From assembly GCF_006345805.1 (NCBI RefSeq), contig NC_043011.1, positions 33,492,464 to 33,556,463 on the forward strand: DNA of 64,000 nt, given 5' to 3'. This document shows positions 24,627-38,149 of this stretch, one piece after another. The notes below the pieces were generated by a model, which did no database searches, had not been told where the DNA came from, and saw only the letters and a list, made by a program, of their open reading frames with translations. Both the position numbers and the translations under genes were made by a program. Origin of the DNA: Octopus sinensis (Eukaryota). Numbering within the stretch: the stretch's first letter is position 1; the number at the start of each line of letters is the position of its first letter.

Positions 24627-24719
24627 GTGAGTTTGACATTTCTAGTTATCACACGTTTGCTTCCGTTCTTGATTGCCATGTAAGAATAATATTAATAATA
24701 ACAATAACAATACCAATCG

Positions 24720-24723
24720 GTTC

Positions 24724-24779
<56 letters not shown>

Positions 24780-25092
24780 TATTATGATTATTATTATTTC
24801 GTTAATGATGGTAAATGTTTGGTAGAAATTCAGTCTTGTTAGTAATTTGTTATTACTGATGTTCTCTCTCACCTTTTTCACTGACTTCTCTTTTCGCACA
24901 TATTCAGCCTACATACACATACATAATTGTATGTCATATTATGCATGTATATATATGTCTGTACATTATATATATATATATATATACACCACACACATAT
25001 ATGTATATATTATATATAAGTATAAAATTATATATATATATATATATATTATATATATTATACAATGTATATATATATTATAGTATATAGTA

Positions 25093-25128
<36 letters not shown>

Positions 25129-25765
25129 AATATATATAATATATATATATATATATATACATGTATATTTATATAAATATATAAAATGTCTTTATAAATG
25201 CTGTCATTATTTTTCGTTTTGAGTACTCATTCATGTTGTATGTGTAGGTATCTATGTATAAATGTATGTGTGTGTGTGTATGTAGAGGGTGTATGTTGTG
25301 TGGGGGGGACGTGCACGCGCGTATATATATATATATAAACATATATACGCATACATACCTATACACGTATATATATATATTATATCTTCATGTATATGTA
25401 TGCATATATATAGTCTACTACGTTCTTAACAGAATATACTATAACTATATGTGTGTGTGTGTATGTATGTGTGTTTGTATGTACGTATGTATGTATATAT
25501 ACGCATACACACACATACACACACACACACATACACACACGCATATATATATATATTGTTGTATTTCGGGATTTTTTTTTTCCAATAAACACACGAAAAA
25601 ATGGCCATCCCGAAATACAACGATATCTGTTTCAATGCACGACTTCACATCAAGAATCTTGCAAAACAAATTCATAAACGTGTGTGTGTATATATACATA
25701 CATACCACATATAATATAAATATATATTATATATATAATATATATAATATATATATATATATATC

Positions 25766-25806
<41 letters not shown>

Positions 25807-26703
25807 TACACACACACACGACAGTCTTCTTTCTGTTTCCGTCTACTAGATACATTCACTTTGGTTGACCCGAGGCTATAGTAGGAGACACTTGCCCAAG
25901 GTGCCACGCAGTGGGACTGAACTCGGAACCATGTGGCTAGACAGCAAGCTTCTTACCATACAGTTTATCGATGCCCCATATCTTTGCCCTACCAGCTTCA
26001 CACACACTCACAGATACACATACACTCTCATACACATATATAAACATACACATATATAAATATACACATATACTATACACCATATATACACCATTTTCTA
26101 TTCATGTATATACCTACCACCTGTCCACCATATGTATTTATACGTATTTGCGGTTTGTTGTTTGACCTACAATTTAATACGAGATAGACTTAACTTGATT
26201 GACCTATTGGGGAAAAGAGTTAACATTTTTTTTGGGGGGGGGTGGCCCCTATTTTATTTATCTAAATCTGAGGGGTCAGTCTGTTTATTTGCCTGTCTTG
26301 TTTTCGTCGCTCTTTTCTCTCCCTTACATACATAATCCAATCCACACACACACACATGTGGTGTGCATATGTATGTCTGTATATATATATATATATTATA
26401 TATAATATAATATATTATATATAATATATATATATATATTATACATACATATATATATTATATATATATATATACATAACATTACATATATATATATAGA
26501 TATAATACATATACATACATATATATATATATAATATACATATATATATATCTATATATATATATATATATAGAGCTTCTGAAGATTTCTCTTGAATGAA
26601 AAGTTCTAGTCCTGTAGAAGCTTTTCTATATAATAAATTAATTTTACTCTGCTATGTATTGAGTACCTTATTTACTGTGGTTAACCCCGAATCAACCCGG
26701 ACC

Positions 26704-26747
<44 letters not shown>

Positions 26748-26821
26748 TGTATGGGTGTATATCTATTTATCTATCTATGCACATATATCTTTATATATGT
26801 ATGTGTATGTTTTTATGGGCG

Positions 26822-26852
<31 letters not shown>

Positions 26853-27330
26853 TGTGTGTGTGTGGTGTGTGTGTGTGCGTGTATGTTTTGTATGTATATA
26901 CATACATTAATAATTAAATACCTGTTGCACGCGTTACATTTGTACAAGTGTCCCAAATGCATCAGTATGTCTTTATTAATAAATAAATATATATATACAC
27001 TCTACATAATTAAGTATTGAATTCTTTTGTTGAACGGTGGTAGTCTTCTTAGATATTTTTCCGGAACCTCAAATATACTTCACACACAAACACAGACACA
27101 TAATATATGCATGCATACATACATAATACATACATACATACATACATACATACATACATACATACATACATACATACATACATACATACATACATACATA
27201 CATACATACATACATACATACATACATACATACATGCATACATGCATACAAACATACAAACATACAAACATACATACATACATACATATAATACATATAA
27301 TACATATATATGTATGTATAAGTTTGTCTG
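24720..27330. repeat. (ATT)n, (TA)n, (TG)n and (TACA)n microsatellite-rich block
   Basis: Direct inspection; source of the many YI/HT/VC ORFs. Confidence 0.9.
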
Positions 27331-28291
27331 TCTGTCATATGTATGTGTTTGTATATTAATGTTTGTCTTTGTTATATAAAAAATAAAGAGCATTTTAGTA
27401 TCAATACAATACTTTTGGTAGAGTATAAATCTATTATTCGTTACTAAGAATAGTATTGATAGTAACTTCGAAGTTTCGGTCAGTTTATCTTACCTATCTG
27501 TTTATCGATCGCTCTATCTATCAAGATATATCATTTACCGTCTGGAGGAATGGCTTCCTTACAAATCGCAGCGTTTTAAAGAATAATATGGAAACAGAAA
27601 AAAAAAAAAAAGTAACGAAAAAATGGTAATATAAAACGAGGAATAGCTGTGTTGTCCCCTTATAGTTGTGATACCACCCGAAACAAGTGCTTAATTATTT
27701 CAGTGTATTAACACATTGTACTCCCGGCTTTACGTTCTGAGTGCAAATACCGCCGAGGTCGACCTTGCCTTTCATCCTTACAAGATCGATAAAACAAGAA
27801 CGTGTTGAACCCTAGTGACGATGTCATTAACTTCCACACCTCTCAAGTTTGCTGGCCTTGTGCCAAAATAAGAAAGGATTATATTGTACCGAATTGAAAT
27901 GTTCTATTTTGTTGTCCTTATGTCAAATTAAGAAATTGTATTTGTCTTTTCTTAGAATCGTCAGAGAGTCGGATAAAATGCTTATGCGGCAGTTTATTCA
28001 CTGTCTTTTACGTTCAGTGTTCAAATACTGTCTTGGCTCTGACTTAGTATTTTGCCGTCCTTCCAACGTCGATAGAACGACATAGGTTTTTGGAGAGGCG
28101 TTAATCGTAGTCTTGTACCTTATGGGACAGGAAAAAAAAATACAGAAGTGCGACGGGGTGGGTTTGGGTTTTAAAAAATGTGAAAAACAATTGAAATTCA
28201 TTGGGAGAATATTTCTGAATCGCAATTTCTGTTATACAAAACAAAATTATCAAAATAGTCCCCTCCACCGAGCTCTCTCTCTCTCCCTCTC

Positions 28292-28343
<52 letters not shown>

Positions 28344-28487
28344 TCTCTCTCTCTCTCTCCACACACACACAAAAGAAAATAAAATCCCTTTTTCTTGTGC
28401 CTTAAGATATCAAAATTCAAGGCTGATTTAATCGGCTAACCCTTTTCACACCAAAATTTCACTACTACTACTAAAAAGGTTAAAGAA

Positions 28488-28818
28488 ACCCCTTCGGTCA
28501 TGAATGACCATAGGATTGCACCTAGAAAGTTTCTCTCCAAAGCACAAGTCTGGACAAGGTTGTTTATGGAAGACCAGCAGTCGCCCATGCATACCAGCCT
28601 CCCTTCTCCACGCCATTGATATTTTCCAAGGGAAAGGCAAAGTCCGATACAGCTTGGCACAAGTGACGTCGCAACTCATTTCTACAGATGAGTGATCTGG
28701 AGCAACGTGAAGTAAAGTGTCTTGCTCAAGAACACAACATACAGCCCGGTCCGGGGAAAGGAACTCACTAACACGTGATTGTGAGCCCAACACTCTAACC
28801 ACTGAACCATGCGCCTTC
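28488..28818 (-). mobile_element. SINE family D (tRNA head plus CORE-like segment)
   Basis: Reverse complement matches 29954-30303; ttgtgttcttgagcaagacactt resembles the CORE domain. Confidence 0.85.
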
Positions 28819-28838
28819 ATCTCACCACCACCACCACC

Positions 28839-28875
<37 letters not shown>

Positions 28876-29212
28876 TACTACTATACTACTACTACTAGCT
28901 GTAGTAGAAGAGCCACGATTAATAGTGTTTGAAACCAGGCCAATATATTTATATTTACGTGTGTGTGTGTTTGTATGTATACATACACACACATGCACAC
29001 ACACACACACATACATATATATTTAGAGAGAGAGAGAGAGGGGGAAAGAGAGCCATCTATTATTATACTTAATGTATATACACTATTGATAGGCCAGTTA
29101 CTGCAGTATTTTCCCAGTGATAACATCACTTATGGACACGCTGTATGAAAAAAACACCCCACCATAAATATAAAAGAGAGACAAGAATATATTCCAGCTG
29201 CGACCAGCTAGA

Positions 29213-29255
29213 GCACCAGATGCATTTCGGCCTTTTGGGACCTCTTCATTGACGC
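29213..29255 (-). ncRNA. Hammerhead-like motif with C3->A substitution, on a rod (about 29183-29279)
   Basis: Minus strand gcgtca ATGAAGA ggtc-ccaaaa-ggcc GAAA t-gc-a TC tggtgc; distal ctggctgcga/tcgcagctgg pairing. Confidence 0.65.
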
Positions 29256-29465
29256 ATATTCGCAGCCAGCCTCATTCTCAATCGAGAATTCGAAGTCTCT
29301 GATATAAGGAAAACAATGAATAAAACACCGACGTTGCGAATAGCCGCTCGCCTGATTAAAAATCAGGTATACGCGACTGAGACAGTATTTAATTAAAATA
29401 GCGATGTATGTATCATACTTAATGTATACACATTGTCAGTAGGCCAGTTACTGCAATGTTTGTCC

Positions 29466-29496
<31 letters not shown>

Positions 29497-29630
29497 TGTA
29501 TGTATGTATTGTTGTATGTATGTATGTATATGTATACATGTATGTATATATATGTATATATGTATGTGTATATATGTATGTGTATGTGTATATGTGTGTG
29601 TGTATGTATGCATGCATGTATATATATGTG

Positions 29631-29677
<47 letters not shown>

Positions 29678-29953
29678 CCTTCACACTATAGTTTCACTAT
29701 GTTAAAAATTTCGATTGGGTCCGTAATAGTGTTTCCATAGTTAAGGTTGTTGAAAGCGTAACATACGAACACATTATGACAAGCAGAATAATATTTACAA
29801 TAATTATTGTGATACAGATTTATAATTTACGCATTGGGGAAAGAAACGTAAAATATACGACAATAAATGATGATAATGGGATTACTGGGTCTATGTACGG
29901 AGATTGATTTGATAGACTAATTCCTAATAATAATAATAATAATAATAATAATA

Positions 29954-30303
29954 GACGCATCGTCCATGGTTCAGTGGTTAGAGCGTCAAGCTCACACTCA
30001 CGTGGTAGTGAGTCTGATTCCTGGACTGGGCTGTGTGTTGTGTTCTTGAGCAAGACACTTCATTTCATGTTGCTCCAGTTCACTCGGTTATAGAAATGAG
30101 TTGTGACATCACTGGTGCCAAGCTGTATCAGCCTTTGTCTTACCCTTGGATAAAATCGGTGGCGTGGAGAGAGAGGGAGCTGGTATGCATGGGTGACTGC
30201 TGGTCTGCCATAAAAAAAACACAACCTTGCTTGGACTTGTTCCTCGGAGGGGAACTTTCTAGGTGCATCCCATGGTCATTCATGACAAAAGGGAGTCTTT
30301 ACT
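29954..30303 (+). mobile_element. SINE family D
   Basis: tggttcagtggttaga A-box-like head, CORE-like segment, (AAT)n flanks. Confidence 0.85.
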
Positions 30304-30333
30304 CTAATAATAATAATAATAATAATAATAAAT

Positions 30334-30888
30334 GCCCTGATGCAGTACCAGGCAGCGGCTCTCATGGCTTCTGATCTTAACTGACTGGAAGTGTTATCAT
30401 GTACATTGTTTTGTCTTGGTATAAAAGATGGGCTAAAGCAAATATTCTGCTCAATACCACAGATTTGCTTGTCAGTTATTTGACCGTAACCAGTTGAGCA
30501 TGTCCCTTAGTGGCTGACGATATGTGCATCTCTGATCACGAGTAGAAGTAGTGGGGGAGCATCATAGCCATGTGTTGAGAGGGATTCTTTGGGGTTTGAA
30601 TGATTCACCTCTGGAAACATGGGTGTTTCATCCAACATCCTTAAACAACCATTAAGCAGGGACCTTTTGAGTGGGATGGGTTACCCAACCAGAAGAAAAT
30701 TCTAACTGGGCCCCAACCGCAAGGTCATGCGCTATTTATCTTGTTATGAGATCACCATGTCGCGCACATATGGTTGTGATGCATATGCCTGGTGTACCCT
30801 TATCAGACGGGTAGTCATGATGGGTATACTGGGCTTCACATAGTTGTACCCCAGTGTCACTTTGATGGCATGCACTGCTCTCTCACTC
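30334..30888 (+). mobile_element. ~555-bp AAT-associated element, full length
   Basis: gccctgatgcagtaccaggc ... gcactgctctctcactc between (AAT)n tracts. Confidence 0.92.
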
Positions 30889-31162
30889 AATAATAATAAT
30901 AATAATCCTTTCTGCTATAGACACAAGGCTTGAAATTTCGGGGGAGGGGGTAAGTTGATTACATCGACCGCATTTCACAACTGGTACATATTTTATCGAC
31001 TCTGTAAGGATGAAGGATAAAGTCGATCACGGTGGAAACGGTAGAATTAATAAGGCGGTGGAGTGGCATAGTTGCTTTAGCGTCGATTAAAATGCATTGC
31101 GGTATTTATTCTGAGTTCAAATCGATAAGATTAACTTACTATTATTATTATTATTATTATTA

Positions 31163-31201
<39 letters not shown>

Positions 31202-31454
31202 ATTATTATTATTGTTGTTGTTGTTGTTGTTATTATTATTAAGACGGTGAGCTAGCAGAATCACTGGCACGCCTGGCGAAATGTTTAGCGGCTTTTCGTT
31301 CGTCTTCACTTTCTGAGTTCAAATTCTCTCGAGGTTGACTTGGCCTTTCATCCTTTCGGGGTCGATAAATTAAGTACCAGTTGAGTACTGGGGCCGATGT
31401 AATCGACTAGCCCCTTCCCCCGAAATTTCAGGTCTTGTGCTTATAGTAGAAAGG

Positions 31455-31517
<63 letters not shown>

Positions 31518-32035
31518 GAGTGACGGAGCAGCGCATGCCATCAAAGTGACATTGAGGTAAAATATATGAAGCCCGATAAGGGTACACCAGGCGCATGCAT
31601 TACAAGCACATGTGTGCGACATGGTATCTCATATCAAGACAAACAACGCATGACCTTACAGAAGGAGGCCCAGTTAGAATTTTCTTCAGGTCGAGTAGCC
31701 CATCCCGCCCAATAGGTCCATGAATAAGGGTTGTTTAAGGGTATTGAACAAAATACCCATGCTTCCAGAGGTTAATTATTCAAACCCCAAAGAATTCCTC
31801 TCAACATATGAATATGATACAACCTCACTACTTCTGCTCGTGATCAGAGATGCACATATCGTTAGCCGCTACTCAACTGTTTACGGTCAAGCAACTAACA
31901 AACAAATCTGTGATATTGAATAGAATATTTGCAGTAGCCCATCTTTTATACCAAAACAGAACATATACATGATAACACTTCCAATCAATTAAGATCAAAA
32001 GCCATTAGAGCAAGTGTCTGGTACTGCACCAGGGC
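31518..32035 (-). mobile_element. ~555-bp AAT-associated element, diverged
   Basis: Reverse complement of 30334-30888 with indels; (ATT)n flanks. Confidence 0.88.
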
Positions 32036-32044
32036 ATTATTATT

Positions 32045-32075
<31 letters not shown>

Positions 32076-32094
32076 CAGGCGTTTTTGTTCTGGT

Positions 32095-33350
32095 AGACGT
32101 TATACGGACACTATACCAAAAGAGCGAGCCGTAGTCAATGCCCAAAGGTCTTCTAGTCACTCCTTCTCCAACTTTCTGACACCCTCCTTAGAATCCTTGC
32201 TGTTCTTAACAAACCTGTTTTCTGTAACAATCCCATCCTGATGGTAATTCCCAACTTCTGGCGCCATGCATCCAATCTTTTACTAATCGCTCCCAGTTCA
32301 CCAAGTACAATAGGTACCACATCTAAGTGTCTGATTCTCCATAATTTCCTGATTTCCTTCTTTAGCTCCTGATATTTCTCAACTTCCTCTTTCTCATTCA
32401 CCCTGTAGTCCCACGGTGAAGAAATAACCGCAATAACTGCTTTGTTCTTCTTTTCTACAACAACAATGTAAAGTTTTCTAGTCACAATAAGGTGGTCACA
32501 AGATTTTATATTGTTCATTTTCAGCAACCCTTTCCGGCTGGTGCTCATAACGTTTCTAACCTCTGCTCAGGTCATGCTCATGATAGAGCTTCCAATGAAC
32601 CAAACTGGCCAGGTTGCCGTGCCTTCTTTTATACTCTTTCTGTGCAAGCATCTTACATTCACTAATAATGGGGTTTGTCGTTCCATCTTTCTTACCATGC
32701 AACCTCCAAAGTGGGGAAGTCACTGACTTGTCAATATTGAACTTGGTCTAGTTCTTTCTCTGCGCCTGTTCTTAGGCTGAGAAGACAAGGGTTTCAATTT
32801 CAACTTTCAAGTCATTTTTCTAGTTCATTCTCTGATCATTGTCAACTGTCTCAGGCATTCTCTACAAGAATTGATCATTTTGATATCTTTCCCTCCATTC
32901 AAGGTGTCATTTTGTCTGTCTTGTTTAATTTCTTCCTTTCCTGTCCTTCATCACGGCTTAGGACTTTTATCTTTCTTACTCCGGCCACCAATCTCTCCTT
33001 TGTATTCTTTACATACCATGCCAGATTAGTTTCCTCAGATTTCACACACAATTCACAGCTAACGAGACCTTTTCCCCTCTCTGTCACGATAGATACAACC
33101 TGTCCACGTCACATTTGGGGAGAACAGCGAGACCCTTGTAGTGTCATGATTTTCCTGATTTTTCTTATCAAGCTTCTAAGTTCATCACTTTTCCAATCTA
33201 TCACACCAGCGATATACCTTATAGTGGCATCGGCCCATGTGCCGACAACCAGTATCTTAACTTTAACACCAATTTCAGTCTCCGCTTATATTCCTTTGAT
33301 AACATCTCTTTCATTTGGTCTGTTTCCAGGATGCCTAAGTAATTACACCC
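32095..33350 (-). mobile_element. R4/Dong-type LINE fragment (RT thumb to RLE endonuclease)
   Basis: NYLGILETD; RGKGLVSCELCVKSEETNLAWYV; VEKYQELKKEIRKLW...VVPIVLGELG...LLQKTGLLRTARILRRV. Confidence 0.88.
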
Positions 33351-33460
33351 GTTGTGACAGAGGGTGCTGACCAGTACCGCTTATGCTAAAATAAGAGTTA
33401 AATTAACTCTAAAGCACTAAATTAACGACTGTCAAAGGGAGGTAAGTCCCGAGAGTACAT

Positions 33461-33516
33461 AGCGGTATTGCAATTTCGAATTTTGGTGTAGAACACCTTA
33501 ATTCTCATCAGCGGCT
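33461..33516 (-). ncRNA. Type I hammerhead ribozyme motif on a rod (about 33420-33555)
   Basis: Minus strand agccg CTGATGA gaatt-aa-ggtgt-tct-acacc-aa-aattc GAAA t-tgca-a TA ccgct; one C:C mismatch in stem I; distal aaggga/tccctt pairing. Confidence 0.75.
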
Positions 33517-33699
33517 CTTGACGCCTAGGGTTAAACTCAACTTCCCTTGTTAATCTTATAGGAAACACCGTTTAAATCCAATGCTGATTTTCCAAACAGT
33601 GAAAGTGTACACAGCAAATTAGAAGGGTGGCTTATTAGCAATTAGAACCGAAAGGCAAAATTAATAGAGGTCACAAAAGTGACTGTATCAGTATATATG

Positions 33700-34400
33700 T
33701 ATGTCATTGTTCAGTTTTATTTCAAGATTTCTTACCAATAGAGAAAGAGCCGGTTTCTAACCTAGATTCAAGGTTGATACATAGATGTATGTATGTATGT
33801 ATGTAGTATGTATGTATGTATGTATGTATGTATGTATGTATGTATGTATGCAGATTTGTATGTTTTGCTTTATGTATGTATTCTCATGCATATAGTTGCA
33901 TATCTAGACTTGCTCATATATATTTAAATGATAAACTTCTGGAAAGTTTTACAGATTTTTACAGTTCCAGTGATAGACTGGATCTGTAGCCTTCGAATTA
34001 GTTTTCTATTTTCTGGTTTTGAGAAGCCTAATTTCTCAAGATTTCATATCCCAGGGCCCCAATATTTACAGTAATAAACCTGAACTTGTAATCTGGATAG
34101 AGTAACTGCAGATTTCTCAATAGTTCAGCATAGGTGTTCTCCTTTTCACTGATCTTCAGCTTTATGTTAACATCCGCTGGGCAGCTAATTTCCACAATTG
34201 TGCACAGTTTCTTTTCTATATCCCAAATCATTATTGAGGTCTTCACTGGGACATTCCACCAGCACTCCTTTTTATTATGAGTGGATTTGGATTCTACCAT
34301 ACTGTGGGTTTTTATTTGTTTGTCCTTTGGATTATTCTTCCATGTCTTAGTAACATCATGTCTCATCGGGTAGATAATTCTGTGAATACATTTTCGGACA
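33700..34400 (-). mobile_element. RLE-type (R4-like) LINE 3' fragment, second family
   Basis: ORF 34028-34366 WWNVPVKT...IWDIEKKLCTIVEISCPADVNI...KENTYAELLRNLQLLYPDYKF; 3' end shared with 46340-46400. Confidence 0.8.
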
Positions 34401-34468
34401 ACTGCTTATGATGTGGGTGATATCTTCTGTGTTGTATGTATGTATGCATGTATGTATTATGTATGTGT

Positions 34469-34797
34469 GGAGGCGCAATGGACCAGTGGTTAGGGCAGCG
34501 GACGTGCGGTCGTAGGATCGCGGTTTCGATTCCCAGACGGGAATCGTGAGTGTTTAATGAGCGAAAATACCTAAAGCTCCACGAAGCTCCGGCAGTGGGT
34601 GGTGGCCAATCCTGCTGTACTCTTTCACCACAAATTTCTCTCACACTTTCTTCTTGTTTCTGTTGTGCCGCTGAATCTCCCCGCGAACTACATTAAGGGT
34701 ACACGTGTCTGTGGAGTGCTCAGCCACTTGCACGTTAATTTCATGAACAGGCTGTTCCGTTGATCGGATCAACTGGAACCCTCGTCGTCGTAACCGA
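34469..34797 (+). mobile_element. SINE family C (tRNA-Arg-like head)
   Basis: ggcgcaatggaccagtggttagggcagcggac...ggtttcgattccc; matches 54236-54616 and 62399-62748. Confidence 0.9.
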
Positions 34798-35180
34798 TTA
34801 TGTATGTATGTATGTACATAATATATATATATTTATGCATATATATATATATATATACATATATATACATATATACATATATATATACACATATATACAT
34901 ACATATATATATCCATGCATACATATATACATGCATATATATATGTATATATATATGCATATATAAATAAATATACATACATACACACAAATGTATGTAT
35001 ATATATATATACCTACATGAACATAAATTCATATATACATATACACACACATGCATATATAAGAAATAAGGCACATATTTACATAGATACGTACATATGC
35101 TTCTAAATATCATTCCATCATTGTAATTAGCCACAAATTCGTCATGATCATCGTCATCGTCGTCGTTGTCATCGTTTTGG

Positions 35181-35234
<54 letters not shown>

Positions 35235-35823
35235 CCAGCATCATCATCATCACTGCCGCCATCTCAATCCCACCCCATGACGAGCCATTGTCCTTTTCGA
35301 TGTCGTATTTTCCCCCTTGGCATTCATAATTTAATAATGAATAACTTCTGTTCTATCTTCACACCTATTATTAGCATATACCCATGTATACATTCGTTTT
35401 GATATATTAGTCTTCATACGCGCACACGCATGCTCGTGCACACACACGTACATAAAATCAAACACACACACACTCACAAAATACGTACGCTGCATCTGCT
35501 TCATTTTACTATGAGCATTCGATATCAGACATTACATATATATATATATACATACATACATACATACATACATACATACATACATACATACACACATACA
35601 CATATGCATACATACTTGTACATATATGTATGTGTGTGTCTGTATGTTTGTGTGTGTGTATATATATGTATATAAATATATATATGTATGTATGTATGTA
35701 TAAATGTTAAACATTCGATGTATTGCTCATTGGCTTTTAGTTCCGGTTGGCACTTTAATGCACACACACGCGCATACACACCCACACACACACAACATAC
35801 GCACACACACACACAAATGTATA

Positions 35824-36702
35824 AATGTGGTCTGATCAGTAAGTATCCTGACTGTTGCCATAGTAACGAAGCTAAAGCACGCAAAGTAGAACTGCTCAGC
35901 ATAGATTGACCTTGAACTCTGTTGTGTATGCGCACTAAGTTTTAACGTTCTAGCTCCCTTTCGCTGTTTACATCAGTGCTTGACAGGAAGGTATGTAGCG
36001 TGTGATCGTCGCATTGACTATGACAGAGGACGTTGAGCAGAGAATCTACATTAAATTTTGCCAAAAGCTTGGCGATACCTGCTCAGAGGCCTACGCAAAG
36101 TTTTCAAAAAGTTTTCGTTTTCGACACAATCAAGGAGATTTTGTGCTACTGAATTCCGAGTGTCTTTTTGGCCAACTGAAAGCAGATTTGGCGCAAACTT
36201 ATCAGACACACGTCTCATACCCAAATCTTCAGTGATAATGGACTGGACTGAACCATAACTAATCTGCACATCCTCTGATAACTTACGGATGAGTCGACGA
36301 TTTTCCCCTTACAGCTGCATGCACATCTGCAATTTCTTCAATTCTGCTGGTTGCAGATCGCCCAGAACGTTCGTCAATATCGGCATTTTTTTGGCCATCT
36401 TGGAAACATCTGAATCACTCGTACACTTGTGTGCGGCTCATACACCCCACTCAGTACACTTTCCACAACTTTGCATAGGTCTCTGAGTAGGTATCACCAT
36501 GGAAACTTTCTCTGTCACGGTCAATGCAACGATCACACACTACACACCTTCCTTCAAACACTGCTGTAAACAATGGAAACGAAGTAGAACGTTAAAACTT
36601 AATTCCCGTGCACAACAGAGTTAAAGGTCCTTTTTGCCAAGCAGCTTCTCTCTGCGTGCTCTAACTTCGTCACTGTGGCAACAGTCCGGATTAGACCCCG
36701 AA
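35824..36702. mobile_element. Fold-back mariner derivative made of two inward-facing 5' ends
   Basis: Plus arm MTEDVEQRIYIKFCQKLGDTCSEAYAK; minus arm ...DERSGRSATS...ISYGSVQSIITEDLGMRRVSDKFAPNLLS...ENFLK; about 250-bp imperfect inverted arms. Confidence 0.88.
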
Positions 36703-36704
36703 TA

Positions 36705-36895
36705 TCATCGTCATCATTGTCCTTTAACGTCCATTGTCCATGCTGGCATGGGTTAGACTTTTTGACTAGTGTTGGAAAGCTGGAGAGCTGCACCGGGCTC
36801 TAGTCTGATTTAGCATGGTTTCTATGGCTGGATGCTCTCCCTAACGCCAACCAATTTACAGAGTGTGCTGAGTGCTTCTACGTGGCAACGGCCGC
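36705..36895 (-). mobile_element. 3' part of a SINE with an RTE-like tail ending in (TGA)n
   Basis: tttaacgtccattgtccatgctggcatggg ... gctggatgctctccctaacgccaacc next to (TCA)n. Confidence 0.6.
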
Positions 36896-37144
36896 GCACC
36901 TATACACGTACACACACACATACACGCAATCAAACACACACTCACAAAATACGTATGCTGCATCTGCTTCATTTTACTATGACCATTCGACATCAGGCAT
37001 TACATGCACACATACATACATACATACATACATACATACATACATACATACATACATACATACATACATACATACATGCATGCATGCATACATACATGCA
37101 TACATACATACATACATGCATGCACACATACATACATACATACA

Positions 37145-37178
<34 letters not shown>

Positions 37179-37997
37179 CATGCATGCATGCATGCATACA
37201 TACATACATACATACATACATACATACACACACATATACATGTATGTATGTATATGCTGGACGTCTGCCACTGAGAAACCTATGCATACATACATAAATA
37301 CATGCATACATACATACATACATACATACATACATACATACATACATACATACATACATACATAAATGATTAAATCATTTAATATATGATCTACTTCAAG
37401 TTTCATGCTTCAATATTGCAGAAGTGCTTGATTACAGCACAATATGAGCATGAAACTTAAAGTTGTTCATGTATAACTCCTGTATTCATTAAATGATACC
37501 TATCTCTCGTCGGACTGAATAGTTTTTTGCCGATCTTTCAGCCAACGAAACAGTACTCCATATATGCACACACACGCACATAAACATACGCACACACATG
37601 CGTGCACACAAGCTCACACACACACATTACAGAAATTACCAGCTCATAGCAAGTTAAAGAAACCACGAAAGAACTCAAAGTGTGAAGACTTAGAATCAAT
37701 TGGCTTTATCTAAGAACAATAAGTCAGGTTATGTGATTACGTTCCTGACGAACTTTCAGACGGGACATATATATATATATATATATAATATATATATATA
37801 TATTATATATATATATATATTATTTCTTTTGTTTTTTAGTTATCTCAGTCATTGGATTGCGGCAATGCTGGGACATCGCCTTGAAGGGTTTAGCTGAACC
37901 AATCAACCCCTTATTTTTTGTGCGTGGTATTTATTCTGTCGTTGACTTTTGCAAAACTGCTAAGTTGTCAAGTGGTTGTGAATCGGTGAAGAACAAG

Positions 37998-38059
<62 letters not shown>

Positions 38060-38149
38060 AACATATATGCAAACACACATACAAGAACATATAAGCACAC
38101 ACACACATACACTCGACAACATTGAGTGTGATGCTCGTGTAGTGTCCCC

